Shown one piece after another: positions 1-10,151 of a stretch of 64,000 nucleotides of DNA; position 1 is the first letter of the stretch; every line of letters starts with the position of its first letter. A program made the translations under genes and the position numbers. Location: the NCBI GenBank assembly GCA_965203905.1, contig CBDBDQ010000005.1, forward strand, positions 4,192,001 to 4,256,000. The letters run 5' to 3'. Below the pieces are notes generated by a model. It ran no database searches and was not told the DNA's origin. It was given only the letters and a program-made list of their open reading frames with translations. The stretch comes from Spirochaetia bacterium. Its GTDB lineage: Bacteria; Spirochaetota; Spirochaetia; SZUA-6; Bin103.

Positions 1-681
1 TTGGCAGCATCCTGCTCCCGGCAGGTTCACGCGTATGGTGCGGATGGCGTGAAAACCTGGCGATTTCACGATCATCCCAGTACGGTCAGCGCGATCGCGT
101 GGTCCAGTGCAGAGGAGCTGGCGACGGCCTGCTACGGTCGGGTGACGTTCTTCGACGCGTCCACTGGGGAGCTTCGCCAGAAGCTGGAGTGGATGGGCTC
201 CCTGGTGTCGATGGTATTGAGCCCGGACGGAGAAATCGTGGCCTGCGGCAGCCAGGACAACTCGGTGCACTTCTGGCGTCGCTCCACGGAGCAGGACGCG
301 ATAATGTCAGGATATCCTGCGAAGCCGTCGGTCTTGGCATTCGATGACACCAGCACCCTCTTGGCCACCGGCGGAGGCGAGGCGGTGACGGTCTGGAGCT
401 TTCGGGGAAGTGGTCCCGAAGGCACGCGGCCCGGCGTTCTGGAACATCATGTTAAAACCGTTACCGCGCTCGCCTTCGCTCGCCGCGGTATGCGCTTGGC
501 CTCGGGAGCTCGGGATGGCGGCGTCGTGGTGTGGTCACTTGGGCGCGATGGGCAAGGCTATCCGATCGGATCTGCACCAGTGGCAGATGTGGTCGGCACC
601 TTGTACTGGCGACCGGATGGACGTGCGCTTGCTGCACTCGACGCTCAGGGTGGCGCAACGGTTTGGCGAGTGAACAACTAG
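1..681 (+). CDS. WD40-repeat beta-propeller protein (5' partial)
   Basis: Repeated WD-like units (HPSTVSAIAWS, SQDNSVHFW, HVKTVTALAF, ARDGGVVVW); ORF runs off the window start. Confidence 0.85.
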   Translation: MAASCSRQVHAYGADGVKTWRFHDHPSTVSAIAWSSAEELATACYGRVTFFDASTGELRQKLEWMGSLVSMVLSPDGEIVACGSQDNSVHFWRRSTEQDAIMSGYPAKPSVLAFDDTSTLLATGGGEAVTVWSFRGSGPEGTRPGVLEHHVKTVTALAFARRGMRLASGARDGGVVVWSLGRDGQGYPIGSAPVADVVGTLYWRPDGRALAALDAQGGATVWRVNN

Positions 682-742
682 TGAAGCACGGCCGCAACGG
701 GATGGTCCGATCCGGCATCCAGCAGACAAAGAAGGCACGTCC

Positions 743-1225
743 ATGAACGCTCAGACTCGCCGCATCCGCGAAACGCTCAGCAGACACGAACCAATGGTTA
801 CGGCCCGAGGCCGCGTTCTTGGGCAGATCGCGTTGTGCGAAGGCTGTTGCTGCGGTCGGACGGACAAGGGGTTCAAGCCGTTGCCCCGCGACTGGATCAA
901 GCAGCAGTGGAAAGACGAGAAACTCAACAAGTCAGTGCAACTGACGATCTCCGGATGCCTTGGCCCGTGCGATCTGGCCAATGTCATCTGCGTCATCTCG
1001 CCCAAGGGGATGCAGTGGTTTGGAGGCCTCCAGGAACAGTGGCAATTCGACTTGCTCCTGGATTGGGCCAAAGCCTCGCGTGATGCGGGTGTTCTACTCG
1101 AATTGCCTGCTGAACTGAATCGCCACCGGTTTGAACGGTTCGCTGTTGGGTGTGGCTCTTCTTGCACGGAGAGCGATCGTATTCAGGTTAATGGCAACGG
1201 ACACGCCGTCTTCGGTGCGCTGTGA
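743..1225 (+). CDS. Thioredoxin-like (2Fe-2S) ferredoxin-domain protein
   Basis: CEGCCCG and SGCLGPC motifs typical of this family, often found in cobalamin/metal-chaperone loci. Confidence 0.7.
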   Translation: MNAQTRRIRETLSRHEPMVTARGRVLGQIALCEGCCCGRTDKGFKPLPRDWIKQQWKDEKLNKSVQLTISGCLGPCDLANVICVISPKGMQWFGGLQEQWQFDLLLDWAKASRDAGVLLELPAELNRHRFERFAVGCGSSCTESDRIQVNGNGHAVFGAL

Positions 1226-1407
1226 GCGGGACGCTGTGAGCGGGAACAGCGTCCTGGTCAGTGTCCGGCGCCAGCTGCTCGCTCATGCGCCGGCCCCGAA
1301 ATTTGTGGGGCGGCCCGATAAAGCCGATCCTGCGACCGGTACACTCATTCGTCAACGGGGCGTCGTTTCCTGACGCGGCCACGGGTCGGCAAGTTGCTTG
1401 CCGGCGG

Positions 1408-1932
1408 TCAGCACGGCGGCCTCGCGAAGCTTGCCGGCCGCCAGCAGGGCGTCGACACGTTGCGCCGTGAGGTAGCCGGAATCGTCATCCACATCGGGGC
1501 CCGGTGGCGGTCCGAAGGTGCGGGCCGTTCGGCAACGTCCCGCTTGAAGTCGGGATCTCCGCGCAGGGTCATAATTGGTATCAGCTCGGGTGTGGCAGGT
1601 AATTTCGTGAAGGCAGATGAAGCAATAAGACTGTCCAGACGGCGCCGGGACTTCGCGACGTAGTGATCGACGGTGGGATCGGTCGGGATGCGGACGCAGA
1701 GGTAGGCGCACACCCGATCATAGGCAGCCTGGAGATCGCCGAGGGCGTGGCGCCAGTAGGGCGGGAAGCTCGTGGCCGGAATCATGTCCCTGGAGTCGGC
1801 AACCTGATCGAACGGTATGCCCGCGCGCCGCTGCGGCGTTTCCCCGACGAGTTCCGCGACAGCCCGCAATCCCGGCTGTCGGACAGTGCGGTCGAAGTCC
1901 GCCGGTTCCGGAGCCGGCGTTATCGGAATCAC
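1408..1932 (-). pseudogene. HNH endonuclease partner of the AAA ATPase, 3'-truncated near 1640 and fused to unrelated sequence
   Basis: GTG overlaps the ATPase stop (GTGA); MIPITPAPEPADFDRTVRQPG...CAYLC...PTVDHYVAKS, after which the expected Asn-containing half of the HNH motif is absent. Confidence 0.65.
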
Positions 1933-3257
1933 GGCGTGCCGCCGCACCGTTCGACAAATGCATTCCAGCGCACCCAGAACGTGTCCATGTCGGGCAGTGC
2001 CGCGCCCAGCGCTCTGTGCGCCGCCATGACGTCTGCCAACCGGGGTTCTGGCTCGCGCAGCAACGCCCGCGCGCGAACAATCGCCTCCTCTGCCTCGACA
2101 CTCCCGCGATCGGTCGGCAAGTCGAAGGCTTCGCTGGTGAGCCACGCACCGGCGCCGCCCTGGGGCAGGTAGTGGCGCTCCCGCAAGACGGCGTGCGGGG
2201 GATCACCCTCCAGATCGAGGTCGAACCAAGCGTCCTGCTCCGGGTCGAACCACGCCTCGGCGGAGGCCATCACCAGAGGCGAGTGTGTCGTCGCGACAAG
2301 CTGGAGGTTCGCGTTGCCCAGTAACTCGTTGCCGAGGTTGCGAAGCGAACTCAGAATCGTGCGCTGCCATCGCGGATGCAGGTGACTCTCGACCTCGTCG
2401 AACAGCATGACAACGCTGTCCGTCGCTCTTCGACCGAAATGGCGTGCCGCGAGGCGATGTTCGATCCACGCCCATGTGAGAATGTAGGCCAAGGCACACA
2501 CGCGACGTACGCCGGAAGCGGCGTGCACAATCGGGACTGCCCCGGCGTATGCAGTGAGAATGGTCGGGATGTCCCGGGAGTCCTGAATGCTCAGACGACG
2601 AGCCGGGCCCACGCTGAGGGGGTCGCCATCTGCGGGAGACAAAGTTTCAAGTGCGGCCCGCATGGCGTCGGCGTTACTCCGGTCGCGATCCTTGATCCAA
2701 CTGGACCAGTCGAACAGCAAGCCGTTGCAAGCAGGAACTCGGCGGCCGCGAGACTCTTCCCACAGGCCGTCCCAGACCTCGGACTCGGAGAACACATACG
2801 CGGGCCACTGGTCAACACCGCGAAGGCTGCGCTTCTCCAGACCCGGAGGAGTGTTGTTTTCGAGGCCGCCTAGGTAGTTACGTAACGGATCCCATACGGA
2901 CATGGAGCCATCCGCGTGGGCATACACAACCAAGCTCTCTCCCCCTGCGGCGGAACGGAGCCATCTCTCCTGCACCTGCGACCATTCTCCCGTGATGGCC
3001 CGCGCGTTCGCGGCCGCGCCGATTCTGGCTTCGATCGTCGCCGACGCTTCCATGTCCCCAGGTCTTGCCGGAAACCCTACGGTCAACCGTGGGTTCACAT
3101 CGTGAGGCCAATGCCCAGTAAGAACCCACCAAGCCGCATCCATGACGAAAGTCTTTCCCAGGCCGTTGTCGCCAGTGAGCAAGTTTACGCTGCGCCCATA
3201 CGCAAGTTCCATATCAGGAGCAGGTCCGACATTCCGGAGTCTCAGGTGGTCAAGCAT
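1929..3257 (-). CDS. AAA_21/ABC-like ATPase (Septu PtuA-like defence ATPase)
   Basis: Walker A GDNGLGKT, signature-like ASG, Walker B/D-loop FDEVESHLHP, H-loop TTHSP; coupled to the HNH gene. Confidence 0.8.
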   Translation of the reverse strand: MLDHLRLRNVGPAPDMELAYGRSVNLLTGDNGLGKTFVMDAAWWVLTGHWPHDVNPRLTVGFPARPGDMEASATIEARIGAAANARAITGEWSQVQERWLRSAAGGESLVVYAHADGSMSVWDPLRNYLGGLENNTPPGLEKRSLRGVDQWPAYVFSESEVWDGLWEESRGRRVPACNGLLFDWSSWIKDRDRSNADAMRAALETLSPADGDPLSVGPARRLSIQDSRDIPTILTAYAGAVPIVHAASGVRRVCALAYILTWAWIEHRLAARHFGRRATDSVVMLFDEVESHLHPRWQRTILSSLRNLGNELLGNANLQLVATTHSPLVMASAEAWFDPEQDAWFDLDLEGDPPHAVLRERHYLPQGGAGAWLTSEAFDLPTDRGSVEAEEAIVRARALLREPEPRLADVMAAHRALGAALPDMDTFWVRWNAFVERCGGTP

Positions 3258-3498
3258 GGTCCGAGCGCCGTGCCTTCTTCATCTGTTACCATCCGTCTTG
3301 CACGATCAGACGGGGACTCAAGAACCGTCATCCATACCCTTCGATGCCGGAGCAGCATGATGGACCGCATTCTATCTGAGTAGCCACGACGCAAGATTGC
3401 CACGACTGGACCGATAGGCGCGACACTTCAATCACGAGAAGCCGGTCCGGACATGTGTCGGCCACCGCGTGCATCGTTGCGAAGCAGGGACTGTGGGG

Positions 3499-3963
3499 TC
3501 AGCCGGTGCGGTCGGCGCGTTCGATGCGGGCGTAGGCGTCGTTGATGCGGGCGGCCTTGCGGGTGGCGGCAGCCTGTTTTCCGGGGTCGTTGGCGAAGCG
3601 GTCCGGGTGGTGCGCCCGCATGAGCCGCTTGTAGGCGCGTCTGACGTCACTCATCGGGGCGCCGAACGGCACCTCCAACGTCTGGTAGTCGGCGCGCAGG
3701 TGAGCGCGCGGATCCTTCTTGGCGGCGGTGCGGTCGCCGCCCGTGTCGCCGGGACGGTGCTGCCGGCGGCGCGCGCCGCCAGCGCCGGACGCGGGGTCGT
3801 CCGAGTCCAGGTAGTCCTCCAGCTCGTCCCAGGCGGCGGCTAGGTCGGGGTCGTCGATGTGGGACGGTCGGCCCGGGCGCCGGCCGCTGCCGGTAGTGGT
3901 GCCGCCGTCACCGCCGAGCACCGTTCGCAGCAGGTCGCCGAGGCGGTCGAAGAGCCGATCCAC
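3499..3963 (-). CDS. J-domain (DnaJ-like) protein
   Basis: C-terminal J domain with HPD motif (YKRLMRAHHPDRF...INDAY). Confidence 0.85.
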   Translation of the reverse strand: MDRLFDRLGDLLRTVLGGDGGTTTGSGRRPGRPSHIDDPDLAAAWDELEDYLDSDDPASGAGGARRRQHRPGDTGGDRTAAKKDPRAHLRADYQTLEVPFGAPMSDVRRAYKRLMRAHHPDRFANDPGKQAAATRKAARINDAYARIERADRTG

Positions 3964-4060
3964 GGCGTCATTCTACCGAATCGGCGGCCTCGGCCGAAAG
4001 CCGGACTCGCCAGCGCCCGCGCGGCGCGGGATCGCGGTGCGGACGGCCGCGCCGCGGCGC

Positions 4061-5248
4061 TCAGAAACGGGCTTTGCGCAGCAGCTCCGCGGCGCGCTCG
4101 GTGTCCGCCACCGACGGCACCAGGGCGAAGCGCACGTAGTCCGCGCCCGGGTTGGGCTGGCCGGGATTGGTCTCGGCGATCCACGATCCCGGGGTGGTGA
4201 CAATGCCGATCTCCGGGTGCAGCAGCGCGGTCGCGAACTCCACCGCCGACAGGTGCTCGGGCACGCGTTGCCACACGTACAGCGTCGCGGCCGGCGTGCA
4301 GTCGGGCAGGCCGGCCTCCACCAGCGCCGCGCACAGCAGGTCGCGCTTGTGCCGGTACTCCTCACGGAAGGCCTGCACGTGAGTCTCGTCGTTCAGGGCC
4401 GCCACCGCCCCGTCCTGGATGAAGGTCGGGGTACCGGAGTCGAGGTTGGTCTTCACCTGCCGGAACAGGTCCACCAGGTCGGGATCACCGGCCACCCAGC
4501 CCACGCGGTAGCAGGTCATCGCCGAGCGCTTGGACAACGAGTTGAACGCCAGCACCCGCTTCTTGCTCACGTTGAGCATCGACAGCGGGGGCTCGCCGAA
4601 GTAGATCTCGGAGTACGCCTCGTCGGAGGCGACGATCAGGTCGTGGCTGGCGGCGAACTCCAGCACCTCCTGCAGGAACGAGCGCGGCGCCACCGCCCCG
4701 GAGGGGGAGTTTGGGTAGTTGATCCACAGCACCTTGGCGCGGCGCGCCACCTCGGAGGGTACGGCGCCGAGGTCGAGCAGGAAGTCTCGCTCGGCCGGCA
4801 GCGGCAGGTGGTAGGGCTCGCCCTCGGCGAACAGGGTGCCGCGGCTGTAGGGCGGGTAGCCGGGCGTGGGACACAGCACCAGGTCGCCCGGATCCACCAC
4901 CGCCTCGTGGAAGTTGAACACCGCCTCCTTGGCGCCGGCGGTGGAGGAGACCTCGGTGGCCGGATCGAGCTGCACACCGAAGCGGCGTTCGCTCCAGGCG
5001 CTTACCGCTTCCCGGAACTCGTCGGCGCCGATGTAGCTGGGGTAGCCGGCGCTGCGCCGGGTCTCGATGCCCTCCGCGGTCGCCCGCCGCACCACCTCCG
5101 GGGTCGGTACCGTGGGGTCGCCGACGCCGAAGTCGATCGGCTCGATGCCGCGATCACGCAGCTTGGCCACCTCGCGGTCCACTTCCGCGAAGGCGTAGCT
5201 GCCGAGGCTGGCCAGCCGCCGGCTGGCGTAGCGGTCAGCGCTCGCCAT
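4061..5248 (-). CDS. dapL: LL-diaminopimelate aminotransferase (PLP class I/II)
   Basis: DFGVGDP, NYPNSPSG, DEAYSE, SLSK motifs; last gene of the lysine operon. Confidence 0.75.
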   Translation of the reverse strand: MASADRYASRRLASLGSYAFAEVDREVAKLRDRGIEPIDFGVGDPTVPTPEVVRRATAEGIETRRSAGYPSYIGADEFREAVSAWSERRFGVQLDPATEVSSTAGAKEAVFNFHEAVVDPGDLVLCPTPGYPPYSRGTLFAEGEPYHLPLPAERDFLLDLGAVPSEVARRAKVLWINYPNSPSGAVAPRSFLQEVLEFAASHDLIVASDEAYSEIYFGEPPLSMLNVSKKRVLAFNSLSKRSAMTCYRVGWVAGDPDLVDLFRQVKTNLDSGTPTFIQDGAVAALNDETHVQAFREEYRHKRDLLCAALVEAGLPDCTPAATLYVWQRVPEHLSAVEFATALLHPEIGIVTTPGSWIAETNPGQPNPGADYVRFALVPSVADTERAAELLRKARF

Positions 5249-6113
5249 GAGAATCCTCCTGCGTATCGTTCCAGTGGTAGGTGCCGCTGAACGCGTACTC
5301 CGCCGGCCCGGTCATGTAGACGTGGTTGTCGTCGGGGGTCCAGTGGATCTCCAGGTCGCCGCCCAGCAGGTGCAGCGTGACGCGCCGCTCGCTGCGGCCG
5401 GTCACCACCGCCGCCACCGCCGCTGCACAGGCGCCGGTGCCGCACGCCAGGGTCTCGCCGCTGCCGCGTTCCCACACCCGCATGCGCAGCCGGTCGCGGC
5501 TCAGGGGCACCACGAACTCGGTGTTGGTGCGCTGCGGGAAGCGCGGGTGGTGCTCGAACTTGCGGCCCAGGGCCGGCAGGTCGAAGTCCAGGTCGTCCAC
5601 GAACACCACGGCGTGGGGGTTGCCCATGCTCACCGGCGTGAACGCGTAGTCGGTGCCGTCGATGGTGAGGGTCTCGGGCGGCAGCGGCTCGGCGCACAGC
5701 TCGGCGGCGTGGTCGAAGGTGTGCGGCGCACCCATGTCGGCGCGCACGCGGCCGTCGGCGAGCATCTCCAGCGCGATGTCACGGCGCATGGTCTGCACGC
5801 TGAAGCTGGTGCGCTCCGCCAGGCCGTTGTCGCACGCATAACGCGCGACGCAGCGGATCGCGTTGCCGCACATCTCCGCCTCGGAGCCGTCGGCGTTGAA
5901 CATCCGCATCCGCAGCGGCTGGGTGTCGCCCGGCACGATCAGCACCAGGCCGTCGCCGCCGACGCCGAAGTGACGGTCGGCCATGCGCCGCGCCAGCTCG
6001 GGCAGCACGGCTTCTTGCAGCGCCGGGCCACCGTTGGCGCCGGCGCGGGGTACCTGGTCCAGGTACACGTAGTCGTTGCCGATGCCGTGCATCTTCACGA
6101 ACGGTATCTGCAT
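5235..6113 (-). CDS. dapF: Diaminopimelate epimerase
   Basis: KMHGIGNDY, NADGSEAEMCGN, ERGSGETLACGTG; ATG overlaps the lysA stop. Confidence 0.95.
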   Translation of the reverse strand: MQIPFVKMHGIGNDYVYLDQVPRAGANGGPALQEAVLPELARRMADRHFGVGGDGLVLIVPGDTQPLRMRMFNADGSEAEMCGNAIRCVARYACDNGLAERTSFSVQTMRRDIALEMLADGRVRADMGAPHTFDHAAELCAEPLPPETLTIDGTDYAFTPVSMGNPHAVVFVDDLDFDLPALGRKFEHHPRFPQRTNTEFVVPLSRDRLRMRVWERGSGETLACGTGACAAAVAAVVTGRSERRVTLHLLGGDLEIHWTPDDNHVYMTGPAEYAFSGTYHWNDTQEDSHGER

Positions 6114-7357
6114 CACACTTCCTCCTCCGCCGGCAGCGGCGGCACGTTGCTCAGGAGCTGGTCCAGCGTATCGCGGCGCCGGATCAGCGTCCCGCGTCCA
6201 TCCTCGACCAGCACCTCGGCGGGCAGCGGGAACGAATTGTAGCGCGAGGCCATCGAGAAGCCGTAGGCGCCGGCGTCGCGCAGCGCGACCAGGTCGCCCT
6301 CCTGGAGCGGCGGCAGGTCGCGTGGCTCGATACCCTCCTCGTCGCGGGTGAACACGTCGCCCGACTCGCAGATGTTGCCGGTCAGCACGGTGGGCCGGGT
6401 CGCGCCGGAGCGCGGCTGCACCGGTTCGATCTCGTGGTAGGAGCCGTACATCGCCGGCCGCACCAGGTGGTTGAAACCGCTGTCGGTGCCGACGAACAGG
6501 TACTTGCGCGCCTGGTTCACCGCCGTCACCCGGCACAGCAGGGTGCCGGAGCGCGCCACCAGGAACCGGCCCGGCTCCAGGCACAGCGCCGGACGGGCGC
6601 CGTATTCGGCGCAGAAGCGCTCGTACTCGGCGGTGAGCAGGGCGCCGAGCCGGTCGACCGCCAGTTCCTGCTGCTCCCGGCGGTAGGGGATGCCGATGCC
6701 GCCGCCGAAGTTGACCTGCTCCAGCCCCGGGAAGCGCCGCGCCACGGTCAGCAGGTTGGTCACCGCCTGCACGAACCGCTCCGCCTCCAGCACCCCGGAG
6801 CCGATGTGGCAGTGCACCCCGGCCACCCGCAGGCTCCCGGCCGCGGCCACCTCCTGCGCCTCGCCGGCCTGCTCCCAGTCGATGCCGAACTTGCTTTCCG
6901 GGCCGCCGGTGATGACGTGGGAGTGGTGGCCGCCGCCGACGTAGATGTTGAAGCGGATGCTGATGGCGGTGCCCGGTGCCAGCGCTCCCAGGCGCCGGAG
7001 CTGCGACAGCGACTCCACGTTGATGCGCACGCCCTGGTCCACGGCGGTGCGCATCTCCCCGTCGGAGGCGGAGTTGCCGTTGTACAGCAGGCGCCGCGGC
7101 GGGAACCCGGCGGTGCGCGCCATCAGGATCTCCCCCGGCGAGACCACGTCGGCCCAGGCGCCGGCACGGCGCAGGAGGCGCAGGATCCAGGGATTGGAGT
7201 TCGCCTTGGTGGCGAAGTGGATGCGCAGGTCGTCCACCGCGAAGGCGCGCGCCAGGGTATCGAAGGCGCCGCGGATGCGCGCCGCCTCGTAGACGTACAG
7301 CGGGCTGCCGTACTGGTTCACCAGGGTGGCCGCGGGGAGGCCGCCAAGTCTCAGCAT
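6113..7357 (-). CDS. lysA: Diaminopimelate decarboxylase
   Basis: GSPLYVY, FATKANS, HCHIGS, EPGR, CESGD, GAYG motifs; start at MLRLGG. Confidence 0.95.
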   Translation of the reverse strand: MLRLGGLPAATLVNQYGSPLYVYEAARIRGAFDTLARAFAVDDLRIHFATKANSNPWILRLLRRAGAWADVVSPGEILMARTAGFPPRRLLYNGNSASDGEMRTAVDQGVRINVESLSQLRRLGALAPGTAISIRFNIYVGGGHHSHVITGGPESKFGIDWEQAGEAQEVAAAGSLRVAGVHCHIGSGVLEAERFVQAVTNLLTVARRFPGLEQVNFGGGIGIPYRREQQELAVDRLGALLTAEYERFCAEYGARPALCLEPGRFLVARSGTLLCRVTAVNQARKYLFVGTDSGFNHLVRPAMYGSYHEIEPVQPRSGATRPTVLTGNICESGDVFTRDEEGIEPRDLPPLQEGDLVALRDAGAYGFSMASRYNSFPLPAEVLVEDGRGTLIRRRDTLDQLLSNVPPLPAEEEV

Positions 7358-8697
7358 GAGTGTTGCTCGAAGAATTTGCGGTGCAGCGAGCGCACCGCGG
7401 TCTCGGTGGCGGCGTCGGCCACCACCAGCGAAAGATTGATATCGGAGGAACCCAGGCACATCATCTTCAACGGCACGCCGTCGAGGGCGCCCATGGCGCC
7501 GGCCAGGAACCCCGGCTGCTCCCACAGGTCCTGGCCCACGATGGAGACCAGCCCGGCGTCGCCGTCCACGGTCACCGCGCCGACCTCCTCCAGGTCGGCG
7601 ACGATCGGCTCCAGCCGGGTGGCGTCGTCGATGGTCATCGACACCGACACTTCCGAGGTCGCCACCAGGTCCACCGCCGTGCGGTGATGCTCGAAGATCT
7701 CGAAGATGCGGCGCAGGAAGCCGTACGCCAGCAGCATGCGCGAGGAGGTGACGTTGATCAGGGTGATGCCGCGCTTGCAGGCGATCGCCTTGGCGCCCGC
7801 CTCCGCCTGCGCCACGATGCTGGTGCCGGCTTCCCGCGGCTGGCGCGTGTTGCGCACCGCCACCGGGATTCCGCCCTGCACCGCCGGCTGGATGGTAGCC
7901 GGATGGATCACGCGGGCGCCGAAGTAGGCCAGCTCCGCCGCCTCCTGGTAGCTGATCCGCGGCAGGGTGCGGGCCCCCGCAACCAGGCGCGGGTCGCAGG
8001 TCATGATGCCGGTCACGTCGGTCCAGATGATCACCTCGCCGGCCTCCAGCGCGGCCCCGAACAGGGTGGCGGTGTAGTCGGAGCCGCCGCGGCCCAGGGT
8101 GGTGGGGATGCCCTCCGCGGTGGCGGCGATGAAGCCCTGCGCCACCAGCAGCTCGCCCGCTGCCGGCCGCGCCTGCGCCCGGATCCGCCGGGCGGTCTCC
8201 GGCTGCGCCACGTTGGCGTGCATGAAGTGGTCGTCGGTGGCGATCAAGGCGCGGCAGTCCAGCAGCCGGGCGGCTACACCGCGCTGTCGAGCGCGCGCCG
8301 CCAGCAGCACCGTTACGGCGCGCTCGCCGAAGCCGAGCACGGCGTCGTTGCTGCGCGGCGTCCACTGCCGGAGCAGCACCATGCCGGTGACGATGGAGCG
8401 CAGCTCGTCGAACAGCTCCCGGAGCTGCGCGGTGGCACGCGCGTGCTCGGAGCCGTCCAGCAGCGCGTCCGCGGCGGCGAGGTGCTCACCGGCGAGCCGC
8501 TCCACCACCGCGTCGGCTTCCTGTCCTTCGCCGCGGCCGGCGGCATGCGCCGCCTGCTGCAGGTGATCGGTGGTGTCGCCCATGGCGGAGGCCACCAGGA
8601 CCACGCCTTGCTCCAGCGCACCGGAGGCGATCTCGAGTGCCCCTTCCAGCAGCTCGGCGGACGCCAGCGAGGTGCCGCCGAACTTCATCACCCTCAT
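7351..8697 (-). CDS. lysC: Aspartate kinase (with ACT domains)
   Basis: MKFGGTS, TTLGRGGSDYTA, IWTDVTG, C-terminal ACT (ATSEVSVS). Confidence 0.95.
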   Translation of the reverse strand: MRVMKFGGTSLASAELLEGALEIASGALEQGVVLVASAMGDTTDHLQQAAHAAGRGEGQEADAVVERLAGEHLAAADALLDGSEHARATAQLRELFDELRSIVTGMVLLRQWTPRSNDAVLGFGERAVTVLLAARARQRGVAARLLDCRALIATDDHFMHANVAQPETARRIRAQARPAAGELLVAQGFIAATAEGIPTTLGRGGSDYTATLFGAALEAGEVIIWTDVTGIMTCDPRLVAGARTLPRISYQEAAELAYFGARVIHPATIQPAVQGGIPVAVRNTRQPREAGTSIVAQAEAGAKAIACKRGITLINVTSSRMLLAYGFLRRIFEIFEHHRTAVDLVATSEVSVSMTIDDATRLEPIVADLEEVGAVTVDGDAGLVSIVGQDLWEQPGFLAGAMGALDGVPLKMMCLGSSDINLSLVVADAATETAVRSLHRKFFEQHSC

Positions 8698-9731
8698 GCT
8701 GGCAGCAGCTCCAGCTCCAGCATCGTCTCGGCGTTGAGCACGGCCGCCGCGGCCGCGCCGCGTACCAGGTTGTGACCCAGCACCAGCATCTTGATGGAAT
8801 ACACCGGGCAGCGGCGGATGCGCCCCACCGCGGCCACCATGCCGTCACCCAGGTTGGCGTCGAGGCGCGGCTGCGGCCGATCCTCCTGCGCGAACACCTC
8901 GATGGGACGCACGGGTGCGCTGTGCAGGGCGCGTTGCTGCGGCACGCCGCGGAACGCTTCCAGGGTGGCCGTCACCTCCGCCGGGTCGGGGTCGGCGGCC
9001 AGCCGCACGGACACGGTTTCGGTGTGGCCGTCGATCACCGGTACCCGGTTGCACTGGGCGCTGACCGGGAACGGCGCCGGCACCACCTGGTCGCCCGCGA
9101 GCCGGCCCAGCATCTTCTGCGTCTCCCGCTCCATCTTCTCCTCCTCGGCGGGCAGCGGAAACACGTTGCCGAGGATGTCCAGGCTGGCGACGCCGGGATA
9201 GCCGGCACCCGACACCGCCTGCATGGTGGTCACCTGCACCGCTTCCACCGTGTAGCGGCGATGCAACGGCGCCAGCGCCAGCGCCAGGAACATGGCGGCG
9301 CAGTTGCAGTTGGTGACGATGCCGCCGCTGGTGCCCTGGCAGCGCACCAGCGCCAGGTGATCGGCGTTCACTTCAGGGATCACCAGTGGTACGCGCGGGT
9401 CCATCCGGTGGCTGCTGGAGTTGCTGATCACCAGGTGTCCGGCGGCGGCGTACTGCTGCTCGATGGCGCCGGCAGGGCCGGAGGGCATGCTGGAGAACAC
9501 CACGCGGCTGTCCAGCGGAGTGCCCCCCTCCTTGAGGCGCAGGCTGCCGACCCGCGCCGGAAGCGGCGTGTCCAGGCGCCACGTGGTGGCCTCGGCGTAG
9601 CTCTTGCCGGCGGTGCGGGCAGAGGACGCGACCTCCTGCAGCTCGAATTGAGGATGATCCTCGAGCATGGCGATGATTCGCTGTCCCACCATGCCGGTGG
9701 CGCCGACGACGGCGGCCGGTATGCGTGCCAT
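8694..9731 (-). CDS. asd: Aspartate-semialdehyde dehydrogenase
   Basis: VVGATGMVGQ, PLVIPEVN, NCNC, QAVSGAG, HNLVRGAA; start ATG at 9731. Confidence 0.95.
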   Translation of the reverse strand: MARIPAAVVGATGMVGQRIIAMLEDHPQFELQEVASSARTAGKSYAEATTWRLDTPLPARVGSLRLKEGGTPLDSRVVFSSMPSGPAGAIEQQYAAAGHLVISNSSSHRMDPRVPLVIPEVNADHLALVRCQGTSGGIVTNCNCAAMFLALALAPLHRRYTVEAVQVTTMQAVSGAGYPGVASLDILGNVFPLPAEEEKMERETQKMLGRLAGDQVVPAPFPVSAQCNRVPVIDGHTETVSVRLAADPDPAEVTATLEAFRGVPQQRALHSAPVRPIEVFAQEDRPQPRLDANLGDGMVAAVGRIRRCPVYSIKMLVLGHNLVRGAAAAAVLNAETMLELELLPA

Positions 9732-9799
9732 GAAGCACCTCGCTTTGTAACGCTGCTGCGGGAGGGAGGGCACGGCTTTCCGGCCGTACCGGAAAGGGA

Positions 9800-9972
9800 C
9801 CACATAGCGCTCCACCCGCAGCGGGTGACAGTCCCGGGGATTTAGCCCCGGCAACCAGCAGCCTCCCGGAGTCGGCGGGCGACCGCTTCGGCGACCCATC
9901 CCTTTCGGTAATCCCGGACAGCGGATCCAACCATCCTCCGGGCCTACTGATGACGGCCGCGCCTCTACTGAT
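9800..9972 (-). ncRNA. Lysine riboswitch (L-box)
   Basis: Minus strand reads AGAGGCGCG...AGTA...GAAAGGG...CGCCGAA...CTGTCA...GGAGCGCTA, the conserved L-box motifs, directly upstream of the lysine operon. Confidence 0.9.
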
Positions 9973-10151
9973 CCTGTGAGGTGACCCATGAATACTACGC
10001 GCGCCGCCCAGGGTCAAGGCGAGTGCGGGCGCAGACCGCCGCCTTGGCGTCGCTCTGCGCCCAGCCTGACCTGGCGGTAGGAGCTTGTCGGTAGCCCGCC
10101 AAGCTCCTACAGTGAAGCTGGGCTATGGCGGGGGAGAGCGGCAGGCGGCCG

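Noticed and set aside
1929-3490. Retron (Ec78-like) interpretation of the ATPase + HNH pair
   Set aside because: No reverse transcriptase or recognisable msr-msd upstream.
9732-9989. N-terminal extension of asd in the ORF track
   Set aside because: It overlaps the lysine riboswitch; homology begins at MARIP (9731).
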